From: a virus
Taxonomy: Duplodnaviria > Caudoviricetes
Virus record (IMG/VR): IMGVR_UViG_3300024259_000046
Location: 1-52,290 of that record
Length of the DNA stretch: 52,290 bases
Direction: 5' to 3' (one strand)
Part shown: positions 35,551 to 45,915 of the stretch, in pieces
How the letters are laid out: each line of letters begins with the position of its first letter
Numbering within the stretch: the stretch's first letter is position 1
Notes under the pieces: generated by a model
What the model was told of the DNA's origin: nothing
Databases searched by the model: none
Seen by the model: the letters and a program-made list of their open reading frames with translations, nothing else
Made by a program: the position numbers and the translations under genes

Positions 35551-35853
35551 ATGTTTTTTGAATGCCGAGTCCTCGATAAAGATGGTAAGATCAAAAAGAT
35601 CATAAGCGCAGAGGAAGTTAAGAAGCGACACTGGGAGAAGATCGACGCCACTTGTGATATTGTAGACTGGGAGGAGATAGACGGGCGGATGAAAGAAATA
35701 GAAGAAATGGACAAGACCCGGTTCTTCATCTGCCCAACCTGTGGTGATTCAGATAGAACCAACAGGGATACCAAGATATACTGTAGCCCAAGGTGTCAAG
35801 AAATCGCTAAAACCTTACGAAGACGAGAGAAATTACAGAGGAAGTTTCCGTGA
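35551..35853 (+). CDS. Zn-finger protein
   Basis: CPTCG...YCSPRC. Confidence 0.6.
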   Translation: MFFECRVLDKDGKIKKIISAEEVKKRHWEKIDATCDIVDWEEIDGRMKEIEEMDKTRFFICPTCGDSDRTNRDTKIYCSPRCQEIAKTLRRREKLQRKFP

Positions 35854-36191
35854 AAAAAATACTTGCATTTATTATTCTGTTCATGATAGTATTAGCCAAG
35901 ATCAGTTCTGCTCAAGAAATTGCTGAGTGGGACACCGCACCGGACGGCTCCATGGTAGTAACCATTACCACCATAACAAAGAATGGTGTTCAAGAAAGAA
36001 GTTATAAGCACAAAGTTCTAAGACGAGCAAGCAAGAAACCGGAATGTAACGAAGTCCAGATAAAGGATAACGAACTGTGGCTGATAACACAAGAACAAAA
36101 TCCCTCATTATACATAGTGGAGCGAGAGCCCTACGAAATCTTAGAAGACATTTACATAGTTCAAAGGCCCTACTTGGATTGGGTCAAATGA
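35850..36191 (+). CDS. Secreted hypothetical protein
   Basis: Signal peptide MKKILAFII...SSAQE. Confidence 0.6.
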   Translation: MKKILAFIILFMIVLAKISSAQEIAEWDTAPDGSMVVTITTITKNGVQERSYKHKVLRRASKKPECNEVQIKDNELWLITQEQNPSLYIVEREPYEILEDIYIVQRPYLDWVK

Positions 36192-36351
36192 TTAACCGCG
36201 CCTTGGATTCATCAAGCCGGCTGGTGCTGTGTCGGGCGCGCAAAGGACAGGGGGCCCCGCTCTCTGAAATGCGACACAGGTATTCATGAAGGCGACGGGG
36301 GACGCCTAGCCGTCCTTCCCCCAACCAACTTTCTAACAGGAGAACAAGGCA

Positions 36352-36717
36352 ATGGGCGTATCTACTGATGGCAAACTTTTTTACGGAATTTGTTTTGAAG
36401 AAAGAGAAGAAGAAGAAGAGTTTGAATTAAAAAATGTGCCGGAGTATGATGAGGAAGATTACTCAGGCCCGATGCAGTTTCTAGAGAACGAGTGTGAAGA
36501 TAAAGAAGTTATTATAAGTTCGCATTGTTCTTATGATTACCCTATGTATTATGTGGCTATAACATCTACAAACTATACGGCGAGTAGGGGTTGCCCGAAA
36601 GAAATAAAAGACTTCGCCGTGCAAGATGATTGGGATCAAAAGATAAAAGATTTTTGTAAAAAATACAACTTACCTTATAAACAGCCCACATGGAATCTTG
36701 CTAGTATGTTGGGTTAA
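36352..36717 (+). CDS. Acidic hypothetical protein
   Basis: AGGAGAACAAGGCAATG leader. Confidence 0.75.
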   Translation: MGVSTDGKLFYGICFEEREEEEEFELKNVPEYDEEDYSGPMQFLENECEDKEVIISSHCSYDYPMYYVAITSTNYTASRGCPKEIKDFAVQDDWDQKIKDFCKKYNLPYKQPTWNLASMLG

Positions 36718-36746
36718 AAATACTCATTAATCAGGAGAACAAGGCG

Positions 36747-37151
36747 ATGACGGATAAAACGAAGAAAACGAAAAAAGAAACGATGGAAGAACGAGTAGCA
36801 AACGCATTCTTTATGCTGGCCAAGGTGGTCGAGCAGAACACCATGATGTATGAAGCTCTGATCGTGGCTATCAACAGCGCCCCATCTACGGTTACGGCAG
36901 AACAAGCTTCGCTACAAAAAACTAAAGACAGAATAGAAAAAGAAAAAACCACGCCGGTTAAAGAACACCATTACACCATAGACGACTGCAAAGTTGTCCT
37001 CACCAAACTTGTAACAACCAAGGGGAAAGACCAAGGTCTTGCCCATCTCAAAAACTACAACGCTACCTCGATCAGTCAGGTACCGGAGGATTGCTATGAG
37101 AACTTTGTACTCGTTGGTCAACAGCGTATTGACGGGGGCTATGACTCATGA
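36747..37151 (+). CDS. Conserved protein upstream of DUF2800
   Basis: C-terminal LKNYNATSISQVPEDCY motif. Confidence 0.7.
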   Translation: MTDKTKKTKKETMEERVANAFFMLAKVVEQNTMMYEALIVAINSAPSTVTAEQASLQKTKDRIEKEKTTPVKEHHYTIDDCKVVLTKLVTTKGKDQGLAHLKNYNATSISQVPEDCYENFVLVGQQRIDGGYDS

Positions 37152-38353
37152 GTCACCAACCAGCCCATGCAAAACTGTCAGCGAGCGGATCACACCGGTG
37201 GCTAGCATGCCCCGGTTCCGTTATACTGGAAGAGCCCTTCCCCGATACGACGTCAGAGTACGCGGAGTACGGGACGGCTGGACACCGACTAGCGGAGATG
37301 TGCCTCAACGACAAGAAGAATGCAAATCACTACCGTGGGGTTATTCTTAACCAGACAGATGAATACCCAGACGGGTTTGAAGTTGATGATGAAATGATCA
37401 ACGCCGTTCAAATGTATCTGGACTTCTGTCGAGACACCCCGGGTCAACACGAGTTCATAGAACAACGTGTCGACTTCTCTCAATGGGTGCCAGAAGGTTT
37501 CGGTACGTCTGACTATATCAAACTGGACAAAAACAAAGAAGGCCAGATCATCCACACCATTGATCTTAAAATGGGGAAGGGCGTTCAGGTCTTCGCGAAA
37601 GATAACCCACAGGGTATGCTGTATGCCCTTGGAGTAATTAACTCCCTTGATATGGCGTTTGAGTTCAACGATTTTGACCTTGTCAACATTGTTATCGTAC
37701 AACCGCGACTTGACCACATTGATGAATGGTTCATCACAGTGGGTTCTTTGAAGGAGTGGGCTGACAAAGTTGTCAAACCTACCGCGGACCAAGCATGGAA
37801 CGGTCACCTTGAATTCCACCCCGGTGAGAAACAATGTAAGTTCTGTAAAGCGAAAGCCAGTTGTAAGGCACTGGCCAAGCACGGTCTATCTAGTGCGATG
37901 ACTGTGTTCAAGGAATTACCAGACCCCGGTATGCCATTAAAGGATGTTCACATGATGTCAGCCGATGAGATTGGTGAGTTACTACCACTGGTTGATGTCA
38001 TTGTAGACTGGGCAAAGTCATTACAAGGTTACGCTTTCGAACTGGCCAGCAACGGTACACCTGTGTCCGGGTACAAGATTGTAATGGGCCGGGCGGGCAA
38101 CCGTAAGTGGTTGGACGACCTTCAAGTAGAACAAGAATTAGATTCAATGAGAATCAAGAAGAGAGAAATGTTTACGAGAAAACTTCTCTCTCCTGCACAG
38201 ATGTGCAAGATGCTCAAGGCTAAGAATATTAGCCAAGATCAGATTGCCAGCCTTTGGCATCAGCCAGAGGGTAAACCAACGTTAGCGACACTGGCAGACA
38301 AACGTGATGAGATAGAACTCAACATCGAGTCTGTGTTTGAAGCTATCGAATAA
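37148..38353 (+). CDS. DUF2800 Cas4-like PD-(D/E)XK exonuclease
   Basis: HAKLSASGSHRWLACPGS, GFGTSD, IDLKMGKG, CKFCKAKASC. Confidence 0.9.
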   Translation: MSHQPAHAKLSASGSHRWLACPGSVILEEPFPDTTSEYAEYGTAGHRLAEMCLNDKKNANHYRGVILNQTDEYPDGFEVDDEMINAVQMYLDFCRDTPGQHEFIEQRVDFSQWVPEGFGTSDYIKLDKNKEGQIIHTIDLKMGKGVQVFAKDNPQGMLYALGVINSLDMAFEFNDFDLVNIVIVQPRLDHIDEWFITVGSLKEWADKVVKPTADQAWNGHLEFHPGEKQCKFCKAKASCKALAKHGLSSAMTVFKELPDPGMPLKDVHMMSADEIGELLPLVDVIVDWAKSLQGYAFELASNGTPVSGYKIVMGRAGNRKWLDDLQVEQELDSMRIKKREMFTRKLLSPAQMCKMLKAKNISQDQIASLWHQPEGKPTLATLADKRDEIELNIESVFEAIE

Positions 38354-38372
38354 CTTTAAAACGGAGAAACGT

Positions 38373-38987
38373 ATGAGCGAACTAACGGCAGACGAGACAG
38401 CAGGACTAACGGTAACATTTGGCGACTACTTAAAGCCAGCGCGTATTTCCTACGCGAAAATCTTTCAACCGGAGAAGAACGACCTCTCTGGTAAAGACGA
38501 GTATTCCGCAATGTTCTTGATCGACAAGGACAACACAGTTGTATTGGACGCTTTAGAAAAAGCTATCGATGCGGCTATCAAGAAAGAATGGGGAGACGAC
38601 CGCCCCGCACGACTTCGTATCCCTCTCCGGGACGGAGACAAGGACGGCCCGGGCGGTGTTCCGGAAAGTGCTACTGCCGGTGCAGAACCCTACGGTGGAC
38701 ACATGTTTATCAACGCGAAGAACGGGTACAAACCCGACGTTCGTGACCAGAAGTCAAACATCATCCTCGACCCACACGCTATCGTGTCCGGTGATTATGT
38801 TCTCGCTTCGGTCAAAGCATGGGCCTACGACAACAAGTCTAAAGGGGTATCATTCAGCCTGAATGGTATCCAACTGGTTCGTAAGGGCGACCCACTGGGT
38901 AACTCTTTTGACGGATCAAAAGTCTTCGGGAAAATCCCTGTTGCGGCAGACGTCGCCGGCAGTGATCTTGACTCGATGATGAAATAG
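38373..38987 (+). CDS. DUF2815 ssDNA-binding protein
   Basis: RISYAKIF, PLRDGD, KGVSFSLNGIQLVRKGDPLG. Confidence 0.88.
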   Translation: MSELTADETAGLTVTFGDYLKPARISYAKIFQPEKNDLSGKDEYSAMFLIDKDNTVVLDALEKAIDAAIKKEWGDDRPARLRIPLRDGDKDGPGGVPESATAGAEPYGGHMFINAKNGYKPDVRDQKSNIILDPHAIVSGDYVLASVKAWAYDNKSKGVSFSLNGIQLVRKGDPLGNSFDGSKVFGKIPVAADVAGSDLDSMMK

Positions 38988-39090
38988 GGTAGAGGGGGCT
39001 GGTTCCGGTTCGAGGCCGGGGCGTGGTAGTTAAGTAAATCATTGGGGATGGCCAGCCCCCTATATCTCCAACCTTAACAAGGCGACACAA

Positions 39091-39282
39091 ATGTTAAATG
39101 AACGTGGTGCATGCGGCGAAGAGATGCATTGGATGATTATGATCATGCTATATATTATAGGCACTGGTGTTATAGGATGCCTACTGGCTTTGATCTTCTT
39201 GGGGGTTTGCACACTCGCGGAACAATTATTTAATGTTGACATACCAAAGAAAATGAAGGATAAATGGGGGGGCGGATGTTAA
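39091..39282 (+). CDS. Small membrane protein
   Basis: Single TM segment. Confidence 0.45.
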   Translation: MLNERGACGEEMHWMIMIMLYIIGTGVIGCLLALIFLGVCTLAEQLFNVDIPKKMKDKWGGGC

Positions 39283-39393
39283 TAGCTTTATTTGGTGCCG
39301 TCGTTTCAAGTATTCTGTACGTTGGCATAGATCATGCATGGAAAAGTTACCAGAAGGACAAACGAAAACAAAAACGAAAGGATAAAAAAGGCG

Positions 39394-40644
39394 ATGTTTA
39401 AAAAATTAGGTATTTACGGAACAGGTATAGGTTTGATCTTTGTATTTTTCTTCGGCTCACAACTCTTGTCCACGGTGGAGAAGGGGACGTTCGAAGTCAG
39501 GCAGTTCCCGGTAACGGGTACGATTGATGTCCGCAACACCCCCGGAACATGGTGTAAGTGCTTCGCGACTCTGGACATCTGGAAGAAATCAAAGACGTTC
39601 AAGTTTGATGGGAAAGAACACTCACTCCTACCCGTCCGGTTTAATGACGGGTCGGCCTCGCATGTCAAAGGTGAAGTACGGGTAGAGTTCCCATCCTCAT
39701 TGAGCGCAGTCAATAACTTCCTGGAAATGGGTTACGCTAACCAGCATGATGTTATGGAACGGTTGGTCTACCCCCACTTGCTACGGGTTATGCGCTTACA
39801 GGGGAACTTCATGACCGCTAAGGAATCTTACAACCAGAAGCGGCCGGACTTTGACAGTAACTCTTTCGACCAGTTGCAGTTTGGTGTATATAAAACTAAG
39901 ACCCAGACCGTAACAGAGAAAGACATCATGACCGGTGAAGATAGAACGAGGGAATTTAAGATCGTTCTATATGGTGAAGACGGAGAACCTCTCCGTGAAC
40001 AGAACCCACTGGAAGGCACGGGTATTACTTTCAACGCTTATGTTATTGAGAGTATCAAATACCCTGATGTTGTGAACGAACAGATTGAAGCTCAGCGTAA
40101 AGCCATCATGGAAGTTGAGACTGCTATCGCCGAAGCTAAGAAGTCCGAGCAGGATGCTAAGACTATCAAGATGGAAGGTGAAGCCAAAGTTATGACAGCC
40201 CGGTACGAGAAAGAACAGGAGAAAGTTCGGGCTACTGTTGAAGCGGAGAAACGTAAACAAGTAGCAACACTGGACGCTGAAAAACGACTGGACGTTGCGA
40301 AGCTTGACAAACTGGCCGCAGAACAGTATAAAGAAGAGCAGATTTTGAAGGGGCAAGGTGAAGGTGAGCGTAAGAAGTTGGTTATGCAAGCTGACGGAGC
40401 TCTTCAACAAAAGCTTGCCGCTTGGGTTGATGTTAACACCAAGTACGCCGCGGCTATTAAGGGTTTTCAAGGCGACTGGGTTCCAAGGTTGGTCATGGGT
40501 AACACCGGTGAAGGCAAAGGCGCATCCGCCAGTCCGGCCAATGACCTGATAAGTCTGTTTACAGCGAAGACTGCCGGAGATATTTCATTGAGCATGGATA
40601 TCCCACGTAGTAATCACAAGCATAAAACAGATTTAACCAAGTAG
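39394..40644 (+). CDS. SPFH/band-7 family membrane protein
   Basis: N-terminal TM, VRFNDG core, AEA-rich coiled coil. Confidence 0.8.
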   Translation: MFKKLGIYGTGIGLIFVFFFGSQLLSTVEKGTFEVRQFPVTGTIDVRNTPGTWCKCFATLDIWKKSKTFKFDGKEHSLLPVRFNDGSASHVKGEVRVEFPSSLSAVNNFLEMGYANQHDVMERLVYPHLLRVMRLQGNFMTAKESYNQKRPDFDSNSFDQLQFGVYKTKTQTVTEKDIMTGEDRTREFKIVLYGEDGEPLREQNPLEGTGITFNAYVIESIKYPDVVNEQIEAQRKAIMEVETAIAEAKKSEQDAKTIKMEGEAKVMTARYEKEQEKVRATVEAEKRKQVATLDAEKRLDVAKLDKLAAEQYKEEQILKGQGEGERKKLVMQADGALQQKLAAWVDVNTKYAAAIKGFQGDWVPRLVMGNTGEGKGASASPANDLISLFTAKTAGDISLSMDIPRSNHKHKTDLTK

Positions 40645-40654
40645 GAAAACTGTT

Positions 40655-40670
40655 GGGGCCTTCGGGCCCC
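40655..40670 (+). terminator. GC hairpin with UUCG loop (weak terminator or stabiliser)
   Basis: GGGGCC-TTCG-GGCCCC, poor U-tract. Confidence 0.5.
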
Positions 40671-40691
40671 GCTTAACTTAAAGGCGAATCC

Positions 40692-41522
40692 ATGATATTC
40701 CTAAACAAAGAACCTGTAGAGACACACAAATTCAGCGGCGGAGAATGCCATGTCAAACTCCCCGTTCCTTATCATAAAGAAGAAGCACACATCGACGCAT
40801 GTCTGTATAACTCCGATGATATTATGTCGTTGATGATGACTGTAGATGCGCTTCGACAGATCAATGGAATGATGAAGATCAATGTCACCATACCTTACTT
40901 CCCCTACGCTAGACAGGACAGGGTGTGTGAACCCGGCGAAGCTTTCAGCTTAAAAGTAATGGCTGACCTGATCAACTCTCTTAAGGTGGACAGCGTGGTA
41001 GTCATTGACCCGCACTCCAAAATGACACCGAGTCTTTTAGATAACTGTATGGTGTATGATCAACATGCTTGTGTTACAACACACATGTGGCACATGCTAC
41101 GTAACACAGACACCACACTTGTAGCACCTGATGAAGGCGCAAAAGAGAAGACTTTAAATTTGGCCTGTGATTTGGGCGTAGATTATATCACCTGCACAAA
41201 AGTCAGAGACACCAAGACCGGTGATATAACTAAAACATATGTCCCGCAAGGTAACCCGACTAGGAACTACATGATCATCGATGATATATGTGATGGGGGG
41301 AGAACTTTCATAAATATCGCAAATATTCTAATGGAAGATGGCGTACCAAGAAAAAACTTGTCTTTGTACGTGACCCATGGTATATTTTCGAACGGCTTTG
41401 CAGAACTGGTAAGCCGATTTGAAAAACTTTATTGTTATCATCTGTTCCCGAACGTGGATACACACACCTTACCGTTCGGTTACTTAACCGTATTCAAGGG
41501 AGAAAAAAGCTATGTTCATTGA
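40692..41522 (+). CDS. Ribose-phosphate pyrophosphokinase-like enzyme (Adps-like)
   Basis: FSGGE, PYFPYARQDR, DPHS, APDEGA, IIDDICDGGRTF, VTHGIFS. Confidence 0.9.
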   Translation: MIFLNKEPVETHKFSGGECHVKLPVPYHKEEAHIDACLYNSDDIMSLMMTVDALRQINGMMKINVTIPYFPYARQDRVCEPGEAFSLKVMADLINSLKVDSVVVIDPHSKMTPSLLDNCMVYDQHACVTTHMWHMLRNTDTTLVAPDEGAKEKTLNLACDLGVDYITCTKVRDTKTGDITKTYVPQGNPTRNYMIIDDICDGGRTFINIANILMEDGVPRKNLSLYVTHGIFSNGFAELVSRFEKLYCYHLFPNVDTHTLPFGYLTVFKGEKSYVH

Positions 41523-42990
41523 CCCATTTGCGTGTACAGATTTCTATAAGATAGGCCACATCAAACAGTACCCCAAACGTACTGAAATGGTTTACTCCAA
41601 TATGACTGCGCGGGATAGTTCTCACGCCAACACTATCTTCGGTGATAAGTTTGTAATCAACTTCGGATTGCAGTATGTTATCCAGAAGTTCTTGGTGGAA
41701 GACTGGAACCAGAACTTCTTCGACCGACCGGAAGAGGAAGTTGTCGCCCGGTACGAACGACGTATCAGTGCTACTCTGGGTGAGCCTCATGCAGATTCCA
41801 CCCATGTACGGGCCTTACACAAGCTCGGTTACCTGCCTATCCTGATAAAGGCTCTACCCGAGGGGGCAAGAGTACCTGTTGGGGTTCCTCTGTTCACCAT
41901 TCAAAACACCGAGCCCGAGTTCTTCTGGTTGACCAACTTCTTAGAGACAGCGTTGTCCGGCTTCTTGTGGAAGCCCATAACTTCTGCAACAATGGCTTAT
42001 GAATACCGCAGACTGTTTGATCAGTATGCAGAGGAGACAGGTGGGGACAAAGAGTTCGTTCCTTTCCAAGGGCACGACTTCTCCTTCCGTGGTATGTCCA
42101 ACGTGGAAGACGCCGCGTTAAGCGGAGCCGCTCACTTGACAAGCTTCGTAGGGACTGACTCTATCATTGCTATCGACCTACTGGAACAATACTATCAAGC
42201 TGATGTCACCAAAGGTTTAGTCGGGTGTTCTGTGCCGGCCACGGAGCATTCTGTAATGTGCATGGGCGGTGAGTTGGACGAGAAGGCTACGTTCGAACGC
42301 CTGATCGGTGAGTTGTACCCCGCTGGTATCGTTTCCATTGTGTCTGACACTTGGGACTTCTGGAAAGTTGTCACCGAAACTCTGCCGGAATTGAAGTACA
42401 AAATTCTGGAGCGTGATGGTAAACTTGTCATCAGACCAGACAGCGGCGACCCGGTTAATATTATTTGTGGTGATCTTGGCGCGAAAAGAGGAAGCCCAGA
42501 ATTTAAGGGGTTGATCGAATGTCTTTGGGATACCTTCGGAGGGGAGACAAACGAGAAGGGTTATAAGAAACTAGACTATCACATAGGAGCCATCTACGGT
42601 GACGCTATCAATCTGGTACGGGCCGAAGATATTATGCGCAGGTTAGCGGACAAAGGATTTACTTCCGACAACGTTGTGTTAGGTATTGGTTCCTTTACAT
42701 ACCAGTACGTGACGAGAGACACACATGGGTTTGCTATTAAATCTACCGCCGGGCAGTTGGACGGTGAAATTGTAGAGATATTCAAAGACCCGAAGACAGA
42801 CAGTGGTATTAAGAAGTCCGCCAAGGGTCTACTGCGTGTGTCTAAGAACCAGCAACGGAAGTATGAACTGCACGATCAACAAACACCAGACGAAGAGAAG
42901 GAAGGTGAGTTGAAGACCGTGTTTATTAACGGCGAACCCTTCAACCGCTGGTCTCTTGAAGATATCAGGGAGCGTATCGCTAATGGTTAA
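41512..42990 (+). CDS. Nicotinamide phosphoribosyltransferase-like enzyme (Namat-like)
   Basis: TDFYKIGH, HDFSFRG, SVPATEHS, SIVSDTWD, VIRPDSGDP, KKSAKG. Confidence 0.93.
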   Translation: MFIDPFACTDFYKIGHIKQYPKRTEMVYSNMTARDSSHANTIFGDKFVINFGLQYVIQKFLVEDWNQNFFDRPEEEVVARYERRISATLGEPHADSTHVRALHKLGYLPILIKALPEGARVPVGVPLFTIQNTEPEFFWLTNFLETALSGFLWKPITSATMAYEYRRLFDQYAEETGGDKEFVPFQGHDFSFRGMSNVEDAALSGAAHLTSFVGTDSIIAIDLLEQYYQADVTKGLVGCSVPATEHSVMCMGGELDEKATFERLIGELYPAGIVSIVSDTWDFWKVVTETLPELKYKILERDGKLVIRPDSGDPVNIICGDLGAKRGSPEFKGLIECLWDTFGGETNEKGYKKLDYHIGAIYGDAINLVRAEDIMRRLADKGFTSDNVVLGIGSFTYQYVTRDTHGFAIKSTAGQLDGEIVEIFKDPKTDSGIKKSAKGLLRVSKNQQRKYELHDQQTPDEEKEGELKTVFINGEPFNRWSLEDIRERIANG

Positions 42991-45034
42991 GACTCACTTC
43001 GACTTCGAGACCTACTCGGAAGCTGACATAAGGAAGGTCGGGGCGTGGGCGTATTCAATACACCCATCGACCCGAGTCCTTTGTGCGGGGTACGCTCATA
43101 ATGACGAGCCCCCACAGTTGTGGGTGCCCGGACAGGAGATGCCCAAGTTTCTTGTGGCTCCGTGCACACACGATCAGTTCCATGCTTGGAACAGTTTCTT
43201 CGAGTGGGCTATCTGGAAGAACGTTTTGAAGACCCACATGCCTCCGCTTGTACAGTGGTATGACACGGCGGCTTTGTCCAGTGCCATGGCTTTGCCTCGT
43301 GCGCTAGGGTATTGCGGCGCGGCGCTTGGTGTGTCAGAAGACAAAGCCAAGAGCAGACGCGGGTACGAACTCATTAAACTTTTGAGCAAGCCAAACAAGA
43401 TGAACGACAACCCGGCTCTGCTTAAAGAGATGTATGCATACTGCATGCAGGATGTTGTTGCGGAACGTGAGTTGTCAAAGAAACTGTTCGACCTGAACCC
43501 AACAGAAAGGAAAGTGTTCATCCTCGATCAGAAGATCAACACAACAGGTATCGCATTGGATGTTGAGTCAGTTGACAACGCGATTGAAGTTTATGGTCAC
43601 GCCTATAATTCACTGATGGAATCGCTGAAAGATTTGACCGGCCTCGACAACCCGAACAGCGCGATACAATTTTTCAATTGGTTGACGAGTAAAGGTCACA
43701 TCATAGATAACGTTCAGAAGGCTACTCTGCAAGCACTGTTGAATCTGGAAGACAAATACAATACACATACCGCAATCCGGATGCGCATGAAGCTGGCAAA
43801 AGCGGCCCCTAAGAAATATTCGGCTATGCGCGACAGGGTAGGGAACGGGACTCGTTTACATGGAAACACAATGTATCATGGTGCCTCTACGGGCCGTTGG
43901 GCTTCGACTGGTGTGAACCTGCAGAATATCGCCCGGCCAACGGTAGACGCTGATGAATCAATCGCCCTGATAAACACGACAGAGCCGGCAATATTCGATA
44001 TGCTGGATATGGACCCGATGGAAGCTCTAAGTAGCTCTATAAGGGGTATGCTGATACCCTCTAAGGGGAAAAAGTTCATTATAGGGGATTACGCGAGCAT
44101 CGAATCCCGGGCTTTGGCGTGGTTGGCTGGTCAGGAGGATAAACTGGAAGTTTTCAGGGGCCACGGTAAAATATACGAGCACGTTGCCGCGAAAATCTAT
44201 AACATATATTCTGAACACGGGCAAAACGCCATTGAACTTGTTACACAACCACAGCGTTTCGTTGGAAAAATTGGAGAATTAGCCTGCGGCTTCGGCGGGG
44301 GCGCCGGGGCAATTACCGGTATGGCCAAAATCTACAAAGTTGACATGACAAAGCCGGAAGCCGAAAAAATCAAAAATGACTGGAGAGCAGAAAACCCGGA
44401 AATATGCCAATTCTGGAAAACAGCAGAAAACGCCGCCGCTTCGGCAGTGGCCCACCCGGGCGAAGTGTTTCAAGCCGGTCGGGTGAAGTTTATGGTCGCT
44501 CACAACTTCTTATGGTGTCAGTTGCCTTCTGGTAGGCGTCTTGCTTACCACAGGCCTTTTATCAAGGTAGAGACCGTGACTTTGATCAAGGTGCCGGCCA
44601 CAGAGGACGAGGGAGGCTATAATATCATGTATAGCCCCCACGAGTACACCAAAGAGGAGTTTAAGGCCCTAGCGGACGCTAAGGGGCTCACAGTGGAGAG
44701 TTTCGACGCCCCGACGATATATTTCTGGGGTACGGACTCACAAACCCGAAAATGGCGTGTACACTCCACATACGGTGGGAAACTGGTTGAGAACATTACA
44801 CAGGCTGTGGCGAGAGATTTGATGGCAGAATCTATGTTAATTTTGGACGATATGGGGTATAATATAGTTTTGACCGTTCACGACGAAATCATCTCGGAGG
44901 TTCCCATTGACACACCCCACGACGAACAATACTCAGTTGAAGAGTTCACCACACTTATGGAGACAACCCCAACATGGGCAGATGGTCTTCCCGTTCGTGT
45001 TGAAGCGTACGAAGCCACGAGGTACAGAAAATGA
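42983..45034 (+). CDS. DNA polymerase family A with 3'-5' exonuclease
   Basis: DFETYS, TGRWAS..NLQN, DYASIESR, GKIGELACGFGGG, TVHDE. Confidence 0.95.
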   Translation: MVKTHFDFETYSEADIRKVGAWAYSIHPSTRVLCAGYAHNDEPPQLWVPGQEMPKFLVAPCTHDQFHAWNSFFEWAIWKNVLKTHMPPLVQWYDTAALSSAMALPRALGYCGAALGVSEDKAKSRRGYELIKLLSKPNKMNDNPALLKEMYAYCMQDVVAERELSKKLFDLNPTERKVFILDQKINTTGIALDVESVDNAIEVYGHAYNSLMESLKDLTGLDNPNSAIQFFNWLTSKGHIIDNVQKATLQALLNLEDKYNTHTAIRMRMKLAKAAPKKYSAMRDRVGNGTRLHGNTMYHGASTGRWASTGVNLQNIARPTVDADESIALINTTEPAIFDMLDMDPMEALSSSIRGMLIPSKGKKFIIGDYASIESRALAWLAGQEDKLEVFRGHGKIYEHVAAKIYNIYSEHGQNAIELVTQPQRFVGKIGELACGFGGGAGAITGMAKIYKVDMTKPEAEKIKNDWRAENPEICQFWKTAENAAASAVAHPGEVFQAGRVKFMVAHNFLWCQLPSGRRLAYHRPFIKVETVTLIKVPATEDEGGYNIMYSPHEYTKEEFKALADAKGLTVESFDAPTIYFWGTDSQTRKWRVHSTYGGKLVENITQAVARDLMAESMLILDDMGYNIVLTVHDEIISEVPIDTPHDEQYSVEEFTTLMETTPTWADGLPVRVEAYEATRYRK

Positions 45035-45261
45035 CCAATGGAATGGAGAAGATGTATCAGAACACTACGGTAAAACCAATCACGGTTCAGAGAATGACCG
45101 AGGTAATGGTCGAAGTAATGAAAGAAGTTAATAATCTTGACTTCGAACGACGTAATTACGTAGCGCAGATGCTACTTATGGAAGAGAAATGTTATGCTAT
45201 TTGCAAAGCCGAGGGCATCCTCTATGACGAGGGAGTCCATAATAGAAAAAAAGGTGTGTAA
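45031..45261 (+). CDS. Hypothetical protein
   Basis: ATGA-coupled to the polymerase. Confidence 0.55.
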   Translation: MTNGMEKMYQNTTVKPITVQRMTEVMVEVMKEVNNLDFERRNYVAQMLLMEEKCYAICKAEGILYDEGVHNRKKGV

Positions 45262-45541
45262 TTATGCAATCACACAAGGGTGGGTCACATTCAAATGGAC
45301 TTCTCCTAGTAGCCGGTTTGTGCCCGACAGACTTTATTTCAAAGACGGGAAAGTTAAAATCGTCGAGTTTAAAGCGCCCAGGTGTAAGCCTACTAAGGCT
45401 CAACGTATCGTGCACGGGATGCTCAACAATCACGGGTTTACCGTCCATATTATCGATAACATAGATGAAGGAAAACTATTATTCACAGAAAAGGATAAAG
45501 GCGAGAAAGATATGACATGTTCGCATGGGGGGAAGCTGTAA
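45224..45541 (+). CDS. VRR-NUC nuclease
   Basis: ESIIE, VPDRL, VEFKAP..KPTKAQ. Confidence 0.88.
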   Translation: MTRESIIEKKVCNYAITQGWVTFKWTSPSSRFVPDRLYFKDGKVKIVEFKAPRCKPTKAQRIVHGMLNNHGFTVHIIDNIDEGKLLFTEKDKGEKDMTCSHGGKL

Positions 45542-45915
45542 AAGGCGTTACAGATTTAGTTGGGCAATTTGTTGAAGACAAAGATCAAGCAAATGCCTTA
45601 GAGAACCAGATCAAAAATAAATTATTATCAGTAGAGCAAGAAGTCATAAAAGCTCAGTCAGCCGCAGTGGTGGCGGAAGCGAAGAGTTCCAGCTTCATAG
45701 CAAAAAACTGGCGACCAATTATGATGTTGACATTCGTCGCGATTATTGCTAATAATTATATATTGTTTCCGTACATAACATTGTTCGGAGGCACAGCGAT
45801 AGCCCTTGACATCCCACCTGACATGTGGGGGCTTCTTAAAATAGGTGTAGGTGGGTACATCGTAGGCCGCAGTGGTGAAAAAATGGTTAAGAGCTACTCG
45901 GAGAATAGAAACTAA
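45517..45915 (+). CDS. 3TM-type holin (GTA-holin-like)
   Basis: EAKSS...WRPIM...GGYIVGRSGEK. Confidence 0.8.
   Translation: MFAWGEAVKGVTDLVGQFVEDKDQANALENQIKNKLLSVEQEVIKAQSAAVVAEAKSSSFIAKNWRPIMMLTFVAIIANNYILFPYITLFGGTAIALDIPPDMWGLLKIGVGGYIVGRSGEKMVKSYSENRN

Noticed and set aside
37148-38353. CRISPR-associated Cas4
   Set aside because: Standard DUF2800 in a DUF2800-DUF2815-PolA module; no array or other cas genes
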